Shown here: positions 23,352 through 34,356 of the stretch, piece after piece | Position numbering within the stretch: the stretch's first letter is position 1 | Layout: each line of letters starts with the position of its first letter | Source of the DNA: Rebecca billardiae RCC1528 | Taxonomy: Eukaryota > Protista > Haptophyta | Assembly (NCBI GenBank): GCA_965240325.2 | Contig: OZ251248.1 | Location: 186,001 to 250,000, forward strand | Direction: 5' to 3' | DNA length: 64,000 nt | Notes under the pieces: model-generated | What the model saw: the letters and a program-made list of their open reading frames with translations, nothing else | What the model was told of the DNA's origin: nothing | The model's database searches: none | Position numbers and translations under genes: made by a program

Positions 23352-24763
23352 TCTATAAACTGTGCCCTGGCGGGCGGGGGGGTCGGCGGGCCGCCGTGCC
23401 AGTGCTGTCGCAATATTTCCCCAGCGGGTTCGCGTCTTTTAGCGTTTTTACGGGCAGGATCAAGGATGACGAAAGAGCATCTCCTCCTGCCGCCAGCTGA
23501 GATCGTGTGTCGCGAGGATGCCAATGTCCGCTCCGGGCACGAGGTTCGGCGAAGGTCGCGTCGGCGTCGTGCACGGCCGCCACGCTGCGCAACAGCGCGT
23601 CCAGGTCCAAGCGCTCGTCGGCGCTCGCCGCTCCGCGCGACAGGTCCGGCACTCGCACGTTCGGCGGTATCAGGAGCTGTCGGTGGTGCGCGCGCGCGCA
23701 GTGCGAGAGCGTGTGCCACTCGCGATCGAGGGTGGGCACGTGCTGCTCGAGCAGGCACAGGAAGCGCAGCGCATGCGTCACCGGCTTCACGACGTCGGCC
23801 TGGTCCCGCAGCGCCCGAGTCATGGTGGAGGATGGCGCGGCGATCTTGCACGCGCGACGTTTCATCTCGGCGTAGATGCGCACCTGGGATCGCTTATAGC
23901 GCGCTGTCGCCTCAGTCGCCGACTCGCCAAGATGCGATTCCGGCCACGGCGGCAGAACCGGCAGGTGCGTGCGGTGCGCCTCGTACGCCGCTTCGCGCTG
24001 CGCCTCCGTCGCATTGGTCACCGTCGACGCCATGCAGGCCGGACGTGGGCCCTCAGGCGCCGAGCGATCTTTGGCCGCGAGCTCGCGAGCGCGAAAGATG
24101 ATCGCTCATCGCTCGCTCTGGAACGCCACCGACCGTAGCAAACGGATTTGCATGCGCCCGACCTTGCCAACCGGGGCACGCGACAGTCCGGTGTGTGGAT
24201 TTCCGATTCCGGTTATGGTGTTCAGAAGGCCGCGCCAAATCTTGCGTCGCGTGCGATGGCGCTTCCCGCCCGCGAGACACCTCGTGATGAGGGCCTTTCC
24301 GCACCGAGCCCGACGCGCGGCGGAGGATCGCGCGAGGCGGCCATCGTGCGCAGCGTCTGATGCTATGGCCGGTGCGAGCGTTCGACGTGCACGTCGGGCG
24401 AGGATCGCCCCAGGTCGCACGATCGTATCGACGCGCCGAGCGTACTGCTCCAAACGGGTCGATTTGGGCCCCGTTCGACCTGCACGCGAGACGACGAGGG
24501 CAGCAATCGCGAATCGGGCGAAAACCCCTCTAGGGAATCCCCGCGCGATGTCCGCGCCGGCGTTGGATTTGGCGCGCGCGGCCCATGCGCTCCGCGCCAT
24601 GCGGAAGATGTTTTCGGCCGAGCGTCCCCAGTGGGAGCTGCGAGGGCGGCCGGTAGTGAGCGAAGCGATTTTCTTTTCTTGGCGAGGCGATTTTCTTTTT
24701 CTTTTCTTTTTCTTATCTTTTCCCGGGCACTACAAGGGGCGGACCTACGGCCCGCCATACTAA
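23352..24763 (+). mobile_element. Non-autonomous Helitron-like element, copy 1
   Basis: A|TCTATAAAC at the 5' end; 3' hairpin GGCGGACCTACGGCCCGCC (24738-24756) then ATA-CTAA|T, i.e. TC...CTRR between A and T with no TSD. Homologous to the adjacent copy. Confidence 0.65.
23353..24033 (-). CDS. Hypothetical protein carried inside Helitron-like copy 1 (probably 3'-truncated)
   Basis: ORF MASTVTNATEAQR... has clear amino-acid similarity to the disrupted homologue in copy 2. Confidence 0.4.
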   Translation of the reverse strand: MASTVTNATEAQREAAYEAHRTHLPVLPPWPESHLGESATEATARYKRSQVRIYAEMKRRACKIAAPSSTMTRALRDQADVVKPVTHALRFLCLLEQHVPTLDREWHTLSHCARAHHRQLLIPPNVRVPDLSRGAASADERLDLDALLRSVAAVHDADATFAEPRARSGHWHPRDTRSQLAAGGDALSSSLILPVKTLKDANPLGKYCDSTGTAARRPPRPPGHSL

Positions 24764-24766
24764 TAA

Positions 24767-27198
24767 TATATAAACTGTGCCCTGGCGGGCGGGGGGGTCG
24801 GCGGGCCGTGCCAGTGCTGCGTTGCAATGTATCCTCTGCGGACCGTTCGCTCTTTCCACATTCGCTTGTGGCCGTGGGTGACGGACAGTCGAGTGCAAGG
24901 ACCAGTAATATAACACGTGATAAGTTGGGTCCCCGACGTTTACAAGTCTCAGTCTGTACTCTTATTGTTCTATAACCGTTCGGTTGTAGGGGTATAATAC
25001 TGGGCCAGCCCGCCGCCATGATCGGCTGCTCCTCAGTGGCTGCTAACCGCTGCTGACCTGCTAGGGCGGCAGAAACCTGACCTCACTCATCAGCTCGGTC
25101 CCACTCACCGCTCTCCCCCGAACTGCGGAGCCGCGGGCTTCCAAAGTGACCGGACCGTGCTGGGCGGGCAGCAAGCTCCGGGCGCCGGGTGCGCGCCCAG
25201 AGAAGCGGTATATGATTCCTGGGCTGTCCGTATATATACGGGCAGCCGGACCCGCCTACCGAACCGGTAGATTCTACCTCTGAGCGCCGCCGATGCGGTG
25301 CCGCGGCCGGCCTCTTCTTTCGGCAGCCGAGGCGGGGCTGGGCCTGGGCCGAAAGCCCCAGCTGCTCAGCCAGCAGCACTTCGGTCGACCGACCGTATCC
25401 CACTCCGGGTGGCGACCTCGGGCGCAACCCTCGTCGGCTGCTAGCGGGCCGTCGCAGCTTATTCCTCCTCGGTTGCGGGCGGTGGCGTCGCTACTGATTT
25501 CGCACCCTGCCCTCCCACCCGGCTCGACTGTGGTGGGCATGGCTTGTTCCGGTTGTGGCGACGGTGGCCGGGAGCCGCCGCGCCCCTCAGCCAGTCCCCT
25601 TACTGATCAACTGCGACCCCGTCGTTAGATAGCGCGCGGGTTGCGGGCAGAGTCGGGGCGACTGGCAAAAGGGGGTCGGCGGGCCCATCGCTACCTTAGC
25701 CGCGCAGCCGGAGCGTCGCGCGGAAGGAGGAATAGCAGTCGGGCGCTCCGCCGCTACTGTCACCCGGCCGCCGCCCCGGCTGCCGCAACCGCGGGCCGAG
25801 TCCGCCGAGGCGGGCCTGGCCCCAGTTATGCGCATCAGCGAGGCCCACACCCACGAGGAAATGTGCAGCACGCGGGGCGGGACGGGTAGCCCGTTGCTCC
25901 GCGCGAGCGCGGGTACGCGCTGTATGTGCCGCATCTCGACCGCGATGGCGTAATCGAGCGCCTCGCCGCCGCCGAAGCCGCCAGAGTAGGCTCCTCCTGC
26001 CGCCAGCCGAGAGCGGTCGTCGCGAGGATGCTTGCCGATATCCGCTCCAGGCACGATGGGCTCGGCGCAGGTCGCGTTGACGTCGTACACGGCCGCCACG
26101 CTGAGCACGAGCGCGTTGACGTTCACGCGGTCTTCGCTCTTCGCATCTTCGACAGGTCTGGCGCCCGCGTGCTCGGCGGCACGAGGAGCCGTTGGTTGTG
26201 CGCGCGCGCGCGCAGAGCGACAGCGTGTGCCACTCGCAATCGAGAGTAGGCAAGCGCTGCTCACGCGGGCACACGAATCGCAGCGCATCAGTCACCGGCG
26301 TGACGACTTCCGCCTCGTCCCGCAGCGCCTGCGCCATGGACGAGGATGACGCGGCGATGTTGCATGCTCGACGATTCATCTCTCTGCGGATGGCATCACG
26401 GGCTTGTCTGTGTCGCGCTGCGGCGAGGGTCGCCAACTCGCGATGACGCGGTTGCTGCCACGGCGACAGACCCGGGAGGTGCGTCCGCTGCGCGTCGTAC
26501 GCCGTTAGCGCTGCGCTTCCGTCGCATTGGGCACCGTCGACGCCATGCAGGCCGGACGTGGGCTTCGGCTGAGGGACCGGCGGACCGCGAGCGACAGTCC
26601 GGTTCGCGATGAGGATTCCGGCGATCGAGTTCAGAAGGCCGCGCCAAATCTTGCGTCGCGTGCGATGGCGCTTCCCGCCCGCGAGACACCTCGTGATGAG
26701 GGCCTTTCCGCACCGAGCCCGACGCGCGGCGGTGGATCGCGCGAGGTGGCTGTCGTGCGCAGCGCTTGACGCTATGACCCGTGCGAGCGCTCGACGTGCA
26801 AGTGGGGCGAGGCCGAGGACCGCCCCAGGTCGCACGATCGTGTCGACGCGCCGAGCGTACCGCTCCAAACGGGTCGATTTAGCCCCCGTTCGACCTGCAC
26901 GCGAGACGACGAGGGCAGCAATCGCGAATCGGGCGAAACCACCCATCGGGAGTCCTCGCGCGATGTCCGCGCCGGCGTTGGATTTGGCGCGCGCCGCCCA
27001 TGCGCTCCGCGCCATCGGGAAGATGTTTTCGGCCAAGCGTCCCCAGTGGGAGCTGCGAGGGCGCCCGGTAGTGAGCGAGGCGATTTTATCTTTTATTCTT
27101 TGCAAGGCGATTTTATACGGCCCGCCATTTTTTCCTTTTCTTTTTCTTATCTTTATCCCGGGCACTACAAGGGGCGGACCTACGGCCCGCCATATATT
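24767..27198 (+). mobile_element. Non-autonomous Helitron-like element, copy 2 (longer), head-to-tail with copy 1
   Basis: Same ~50-bp 5' end (tataaactgtgccctggcgggcggggggg...gtgccagtgctg); ~25990-27190 is homologous to ~23480-24756; same 3' hairpin at 27173-27191. The terminal TC and CTRR are degraded. Confidence 0.6.
25780..26546 (-). pseudogene. Frameshifted homologue of the 23353-24033 ORF
   Basis: MASTVPNATEAQR then an early stop. Homologous peptide continues in other frames (RTHLPGLSPW...EMNRRACNIAA...WHTLS; SVAAVYDVNATCAEP). Lower bound approximate. Confidence 0.5.
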
Positions 27199-27244
27199 AT
27201 AATACAGCTGGGCCCCGCCAACAGTTTAGTTCGGACTACACTAC

Positions 27245-27286
<42 letters not shown>

Positions 27287-27546
27287 TTTGGCTGCCTGCG
27301 ACTACGCGGGCTCAGCAGTCACTAGTCAGCTTGCTGGCGGACGATCATCACGATTCACGATGCTGATTGCAGTGATTGCTACTGAGCAGAGTGGGCCAGA
27401 GGCACGCCGGCTCTCATTGGCACACACTGACACACGCTGCTCAGTCGACTAGTACCGGGACGACTAGGGCGACCGCCGTATACACGACTAGGTCCTGGTC
27501 GGACCACGCCAGCTAGCTCTGCCCGACCGGCCGACCAACGGTGCTA

Positions 27547-28830
27547 CTAGGCTCGTCGCGCGCCGCGCCGCGGCGCCGGCGACGACGTCGCCTCGTCACT
27601 GTCGGCGGGCGCAGCGGAGGAGGGCGCGCCCGGCGCACCGTCCGACGGCGCCCTCGTCTCGCCGAGCGACGCGGCCGAGAGCAACGCCACCGGCGGCGCG
27701 CCTTCGCCCAGCTCCGCCGCGAGCTGCTCGCCCAGGTGCTCGCAAAAGCCGTGCTTGAGCACGAACGCGCCCGGGCCCCAGTCAGTTGTGTATCGCCTGC
27801 CCTTGCCGGCCAGCTGCTCGAGCAGCGCGTCGGAGGCGGCGCCGCAGGAGACGGTGCCGTACATGTTCTTCATGTCGAACCAGCGCACGCCCTCCAGCGC
27901 GCCGCTCGGGCCCTCCACGCGCGCGCCGCCCGGCGCATCGATGAGCAGGTCGGGCGTCGAGCGGCGGTTCTCAGTGGCGGGCCTCTGCCTCAGGTCGTGC
28001 TCCGTCAGCACTGGCAGCTGCAGCTGCGTGCGCAGGTGGGCCTCGAGCAGCCGCTCGCCGGCCTCGGCGTCCTCCATCGTGCGCTCCTTCGGCTGCCCCT
28101 GCATGTCGTGCTGGCACGCCCACACGAACTGCGCCCAGTCCGCGGGCGTGAGTGCGTGCGTCACGCGGATAAGCTCGCGGCGCGCGCTGCCGGGGAGACG
28201 CGAGCGCGCTGCGAACGCGCCGACGTTCTCGCGGAGGTCGTCGAGGCGCGCGGCGGCGCGCGGGTCGGCGCCGACGAACGATACCACCAGCTCGACCACC
28301 TTGCGCGCCACGCTGCTCGACGCGCCGTACCCGTGCCGCACGACAGCGCGCACGACCTCCAGGGGTGCGATTTGAAAGCGCGCCGCGCACGGCTCGACGC
28401 CGCGCGCCGCGTCGGTGGCGAAGTGGTGCGCGATCGCCTTGGGCTTTATGCGCTCGCGCTGCACGTCCAGCTGCACCTTGTACAGCAGGTTGCGCACGCA
28501 CACCGCCTGGTCGATCGTCGCCGGGCACGAGTGCTCGCGCAGGTCCGCCTCCAAGCGCGCGCGCGCGCCGTCTGAGAGCGCGGCGTAGCCGAAGTGGCGG
28601 CGCGCGACGATGGCGACGAGCTGGCGGTCGACGGCGAGCGAGGTAATCGCCGTCTGCGGCCAGCGCACCAGCGCCTCGCCGCCCGACCGCCGCGCGACCA
28701 GCGCCCAGAGCAGGAGCCGGCAGGCTGCCCTCGCCGCCGGAGCCATTGTCATTGTCATCATGCGTCCCAACTCCCAAATCGCGCGTCGCTGTGGCTCGGC
28801 GGGCGCCGCGCCGCGCGACCAATCGACCAT
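27547..28830 (-). CDS. CDIN1/C15orf41-like TPD-domain PD-(D/E)XK nuclease
   Basis: GERLLEAHL...LTEHDLR...STPDLLI...WFDMKNMYG...RYTTDWGPGAFVLKHGF. Start is either 28830 or 28761. Confidence 0.75.
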   Translation of the reverse strand: MVDWSRGAAPAEPQRRAIWELGRMMTMTMAPAARAACRLLLWALVARRSGGEALVRWPQTAITSLAVDRQLVAIVARRHFGYAALSDGARARLEADLREHSCPATIDQAVCVRNLLYKVQLDVQRERIKPKAIAHHFATDAARGVEPCAARFQIAPLEVVRAVVRHGYGASSSVARKVVELVVSFVGADPRAAARLDDLRENVGAFAARSRLPGSARRELIRVTHALTPADWAQFVWACQHDMQGQPKERTMEDAEAGERLLEAHLRTQLQLPVLTEHDLRQRPATENRRSTPDLLIDAPGGARVEGPSGALEGVRWFDMKNMYGTVSCGAASDALLEQLAGKGRRYTTDWGPGAFVLKHGFCEHLGEQLAAELGEGAPPVALLSAASLGETRAPSDGAPGAPSSAAPADSDEATSSPAPRRGARRA

Positions 28831-28908
28831 CGCGCCACAAGCTCGGGCGATGGCGGCGGCGCGGCGTGAGTGACTGAGCGCAAGGCACACACACACACAC
28901 GGCGCGCG

Positions 28909-31140
28909 ATGGCAGGCATCGTCGAGCGCGCGCGCGCGCTCCACGAGGACGTCGAGGTCCTCGAGAAGGCGTGCGCCGAGGAGCTGGCGCAACGCGCGGC
29001 GATGACCAAGGTGCGCGCGCGCGCGCGTGCGCAAGCGCGCGCCGCGGCGGACGGTGGCGCACGCTCCGACGCGCGGGCGGGCGCGGCGGTGTGCGGCGGT
29101 GCGCCGTGGGCACGCCTACGGCCGGTGGTTGGTGCTGACACGCGCCCCGTCCTCGCGCATGCCGCCCGCCCTCACGCCGCGCAGCGCACCGAGCAGATCA
29201 TGTCCGACCACACGACGCACGCGCTCGTCCGCGCCATCCGCGACCGCAGCGCGCAGCTCGATCGGCTGTACGGCGACGAGGACGGGCTGCTGCGCTCGGA
29301 GGTGGACGAGATGACGGGCGAGGGCTCGTTCGAGATCTTCTCCGCCCGGCTCGACGCCCTGCGCCACGCGCACCGCGTCAACCGCGCCGAGGCGTCTCTG
29401 ACCTCCGACCCAGCGCAGGAGATGGTGCAGTCTGTGCTTGAGGCCGAGCCCGAGGTGATCTTCACCGCCGAGGAGGGCGGCGGGCGGTACCTCGACCTGC
29501 ACGCGTGCCACGCGCGCTTCGTCAACCTGAAGGGCGTCAAGCCCGTCGACTACTACACCTACGTCACGGCGCACGCGTGCGCGCCCGACAGGGTCAGCGT
29601 ACGCGTCGCGTCGACGGCGCAGTACAGGCGGTGGGTGCTGTGCGCGCGCCGTGCGCGCTGCGCCGCGCACCGCCTGCCGGGTGGGCGTGAGCCGCGGCGG
29701 CGCGGGGCGGCGTGGGGCCGCGCTGGCCGCGCGGTGGGGCCAGCGCACGCACACGCCGCCGCGCGCACCACCGCACCACCGCTGCCTCCGCACCATTCGC
29801 ACACGGCCGCGCACCGCGCCACGCACCGCTCGCGCACCTCATCCGCGCGCACCCCACCCCGCCCCGCGCGGGCGCAGGTACCTCGACGCCATCGTGGAGT
29901 ACCTGCTCGGCTTCGTGCGCCGCACCCGCCCGCTGCTGGACACGGAGGCGATCGAGCAGGAGACGCGCGCGGCGGTGCGCGCCGCGTGGGAGCGTGGGGA
30001 CATCGGGCGGTGGCAGCACGCGGCGGGCGCGCAGCAGCCGGGCGCGCCCGCCGCGGCGCCCGGCGCCGAGCCCGCAGCCGCCGCCGACGCCGCGCCCAAC
30101 GGCACCGCCGCCGCGGGCGGCACCCGCCCGCACGACCCGTCGGCGCCGGCTGTCGACCTGAGCGCCTTCGCCGACGCAGAGCAGCTCGAGCGAGAGCTCC
30201 ACCCGGACTCTCTCAAGGCTGAGCTGCAGCGGCGCGGGCTCAAATGCGGCGGGCGGCCATCGGAGCGCGCCGCGCGACTGTACCTCTGCCGCGACACGCC
30301 GCTCTCCCAGCTCGACAAGAAGCACTTTGCGAAGGCGCCGCCCGCGCCGCCGCCGGGCGGCGCGGGCGCGGAGGGCGGCGCGGCCGGCGCGCCGCCGCCG
30401 CGCCGGCCGCACGACGGCTCCGCGCACCGGCTGCGCACCGCTGAGCAGGAGGCGCTGCTGCTTCGGCTCGGCTCGCTGCTCGACGAGACGATCGGCGAGA
30501 CGGGCGCGCACGTCGAGAAGCAGCAGGCGCGCACCTACGACGAGATCGAGGCGGAGATCCTCGCGGCCGAGGCGGAGGAGGCGGGCGAGGCGGCCGAGCG
30601 CGACGACGACGACGACGACGACGACGACGTCGCGCCCATCTACAACCCGAAGAACCTGCCCATTGGCTGGGACGGCAAGCCCATCCCGTACTGGCTCTAC
30701 AAGCTGCACGGGCTCAACCTCGAGTTCAAGTGCGAGATCTGTGGGAACGTCTCGTACTGGTAGGGCGCGCGCGCGGGGCGGGGCGAGGACGCGCGCGGTG
30801 GCGCGCGCGGCCACGGCCCGCGCCGCGCTGCGCGCTCACGCGCCGCGCGCCGCGCGTCGCGCGCCGCTCGGGGCGCGCGCGCAGGGGCCCGCGCGAATAT
30901 GAACGCCACTTTGCCGAGTACAGGCATGCGCACGGCATGCGCTGCCTCGGCATCCCGAACAGCAAGGAGTTCCACGGCGTCACGATGATCGACGACGCGT
31001 ACGCGCTGCACGCCAAGCTGCAGCAGGACCGCGCGGGCCGCGCGTGGAACGCCGAGATGGACGAGGAGTACGAGGACTCGGCAGGGAACGTGATGCCGCG
31101 CAAAACATATGAGGACCTAGCGCGGCAGGGGCTGCTCTGA
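28909..31140 (+). CDS. SF3A3: Splicing factor 3A subunit 3 (PRP9), 4 exons
   Basis: Exons 28909-29010, 29185-29630, 29878-30759, 30885-31140 (561 aa). FTAEEGGGRYLDL, SAP-like LKAELQRRGLKCGG, YNPKNLPIGWDGKPIPYWLYKLHGL, CEICGN..YWG, HAHGMRCLGIPN, TYEDLARQGLL. Confidence 0.95.
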
Positions 31141-32729
31141 GCCCTCCAAGGCCGGGCGAGCCCGCAGAGTCGCGGGCCGCGCGCGCCGTCGTCACGTCGG
31201 TCACGTCGACACCGTCGTCGTCAGCGCGGCGCCCGGACTGTTCAAGTCGTCATCATCGCCGCGAGAGCCGGCGGCATCCTCGACGTAGCCGGTACCGGCA
31301 TGGCACGGGATCTAACTCTAAGCGCGCACTGCCACTGAGGAGCCCGTGCCGCGCCGAGGCGGCGCGGCGCAGTTACACGCCGGACGACCGGGCCAGGCTG
31401 CTCCGCTGCATCCGCGCATCATCGATCATATCATCAGCATCATCATATGCTCACTCCATGGCGCCGTGAGCGGGACCGCGCGGAAGCCCGACCGCCGCGG
31501 GCGCCGCCGCCTGAAGGCGTGAAGCCCTGAAGTCGCCCCGGGCGGGAGCTGATTATTATAAGTGATGTTATTATTCACTGATGATGCCGCCTGCTGATTA
31601 AATATAACGATGATGACGACGAGTTGATGATGGCCGACGACATCGTCGCAGTCACTCAGCAGCCGAGTTCGTGAGTCCGCGTCCGAGACCGTCAACGTGA
31701 ACGGGCGTCAGTCATCGTCGTCCGTCGATCGTCATCGTCAGACTACTACCGTAGTCTCGTGGCAGCGTGAGCGTCGACGATCGACGCGCGCCGCGGCGCG
31801 GCTGATGACCACCGGCACCGGCGGACCCGCCGGTCACTCGGTGCCACCGCCCGGCGCGCCGCGGGCTGGTCCCGGACTCAACTCCGCACGACCGCACCGA
31901 CTCGGGCCGCGACTCGGTGGTCGCGGTGGCGCGGCCCACGCGTCGGTTCGAGTCACTCGTCGAGTCCGGTCACTAGACTCACTAGTTAGCCGTCGTCTAT
32001 GATCTCGTCGTATAGTAGTCGTAGTGGTAGTCCCGCAAGTAGCGCACTGCTCGGCAGTCGCGTCGTGCGGCAGCGCCCCCGCGCGGGCCGGCGCGTCAGG
32101 CCCCCCGGCCGGGCCGCGCCCGGCCGCGCCGCTGGCGGCGGCGCTGGCGCCGCCGCGGCACTCAGGCTCAGCAGTGCGCGCCCGAAGTGCGCCCGCCACC
32201 GTATGGCATGGCGCGCGCGGGCCGGCGGATGCGATGATGAGCTCTGCGCTCTCCGGTCTGGCCTCTCTCTCTCTGAGTCCGTGACTCTGTCTCACTCTCT
32301 GACCGTCTGAGTCAGACTGGCTCTCTCTCTCCATTTATGGCCCGCGATGCAGGGCGGAGCGCGCAGCGTGGAGCCCGCTCCGTGGGCCCTAACCACGTTT
32401 CAAAAAGATCTTTGATCAAAGAAAAAAGGGATGGGCCATGGGGGACGATTTTCAGGGCTGGAGGAGACCGAGTTTCGAATTTTGAGACCGCAAGAGACAT
32501 CCATTGCAGCGAGAAATGGACGCGTCCGCTCTTTTGATAGTCAGAGGAATCAACGAAACCCACGTCCAAGTGTGCGAGGGTGGGTAATTGTGGGTAGACT
32601 GTGACCATAGTAAATAAGCACATGACCATAGTAAAACAAGCATAGTCAGTTAACAGGCCTTGCTGCCGCTACTAGGCGCGCGCCAGGCACGGAGCGCGCG
32701 CACCAGTTGCGTCGCGCTGCGCACGGAGC

Positions 32730-33634
32730 ATGCGCGACGAGATCGCGGCGGGGGCGGCGAGATCGCGGCGGGGGCGACGGGCAACAGCCTGCCCGCGGGC
32801 GCGTTCGTCACTCGAGGAGCAGCGCGCAAGGGCGAGCCGATTCCGGAGCACGCGAGCTCGTCGCTCGCCGCCCGGAGCAGAGCGACCGCCGAGCGAGCGG
32901 GTCGCGCAGCGGCGCCCAGCTGCCTGCACGCGAGCGGCGGCCACGTGGCGCGAGGAGCTGCGTGGGGAAATCGCCGCGCGCGTCGACGCGGCGATCACCG
33001 GGCTGCAGGCCTCGGCAATCGACGCGGTGCGCACCCTCGCCGCCAGCCGCGACGACTCCGCCGTCGAGCTGCAGCAGCTGCGCGCGCAGATGCCAGAAGT
33101 GCCGATGGGCGGCGGCGTTACCCGCGGCGTATCAGCAGGCTGACGTGCACGAGCACGTGGCACGCGGAGGCGCTAGGCGCCAAGCTGGCGAAGTGCGGCG
33201 CCGAGCTCGACGAGCTGAGCGACGCGGCAACGGACGCGCTGGGCGCCCGCGCTGCCATCGTCGCGGCGCCCTCCAGCAGCTCGAGCAGCAATGTGGATAG
33301 ATGGCTGTCGAGGCGACCGCGGGTGTGACTCACAGTGTGAGTGAGTCGCGCGCGGCTCAGCCTGCCGCTGGCAGCCGCCGTCTTCGAGGCCGACGCGGCG
33401 GAGGAGGCGGCGGGCGAGCACGGCGGCGCGGTGGAGCAGGCGCGCACGCGCGGCGGCAGGCGCGACGCGCCGCTCGCCTCGTTCCACCGGCCCGAGCTCC
33501 GCTCGGTCGGTCTCGGTGCGAGGCTGCGCAGCCGGCAGGCCGGGGCCAGCAGTGGCGCGCGCTCTCGCTCTGCCGGCACGAGCGACCAGCGGCCCGTCGT
33601 CGAGCGCATGGCGCAGGGCGAGTACCTCAAGCAG
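32730..33634 (+). pseudogene. Possible degenerate or spliced coiled-coil gene fragment
   Basis: Coding-like peptides in three frames (WREELRGEIAARVD..., EALGAKLAKCGAELDEL..., VERMAQGEYLKQ|GTGCGC donor-like); no consistent gene model found. Confidence 0.25.
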
Positions 33635-33946
33635 GTGCGCCCGACTCGCGCGCACGCGCCGGCTCGCGCCGCGCCAGCGCCTCTCACGCCCTGCCTGCGC
33701 GCGCGCGCCGGCCGCTAGTCCCCGCGGCGGCCCGCGGCGACAGTCCTCGGCCCGCCGGCCCGGTGGGCGGCAGTGACTGAGTTGGCGGTGGCAGCTCAGG
33801 CGAACTGTTAGGCACATGTCAGACTGAGACAGCAGCCGACGGAGGGTGCACCGCGGGCCCCGAACTACGTTCGTTCTACGGAAAAAGACCGCGGAACGCG
33901 GTCATAAATAATAGCGCAGCAGCAGCAGATGACGACCGAGATATAT

Positions 33947-34356
33947 TGTTGTATTAATCCCGAATTTCCTCCGTGCACGATTTCTTTTCCTTTCCAGGCG
34001 CTTGGATCCAACCGCCACGAGAGGTCGAGTCCCAGGTACTACTCGCTGTCGTACCTGCCCTCCCTGAACCGGCGCGAGCGCGCTCGGCCCCTAATCCTAT
34101 TGCTTTCGCCGCTGCCCGCAGGCGAACGCAAGCCGCCGGTTACGTATATACGTTTTCCACCGGCGCTATTGGTCTAACGACCGGCCTATCAGTTACTGGT
34201 GGCCGCCGTTTGCCCTTGACGTTGACTTGTGACCCGTGTGGGACGACTCCCGCACCGCCCGCTCGTCCGCACGGACGACGCTGCTGACGACGTCCGCAGG
34301 GACACTGTGATAAGCCCCTGCGTGACCGGGGAACTGGTAAGGCGGAATAAACATCA
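33947..34356 (+). repeat. 5' LTR (410 bp)
   Basis: Direct repeat of 39681-40090; no differences seen by eye. Confidence 0.95.
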
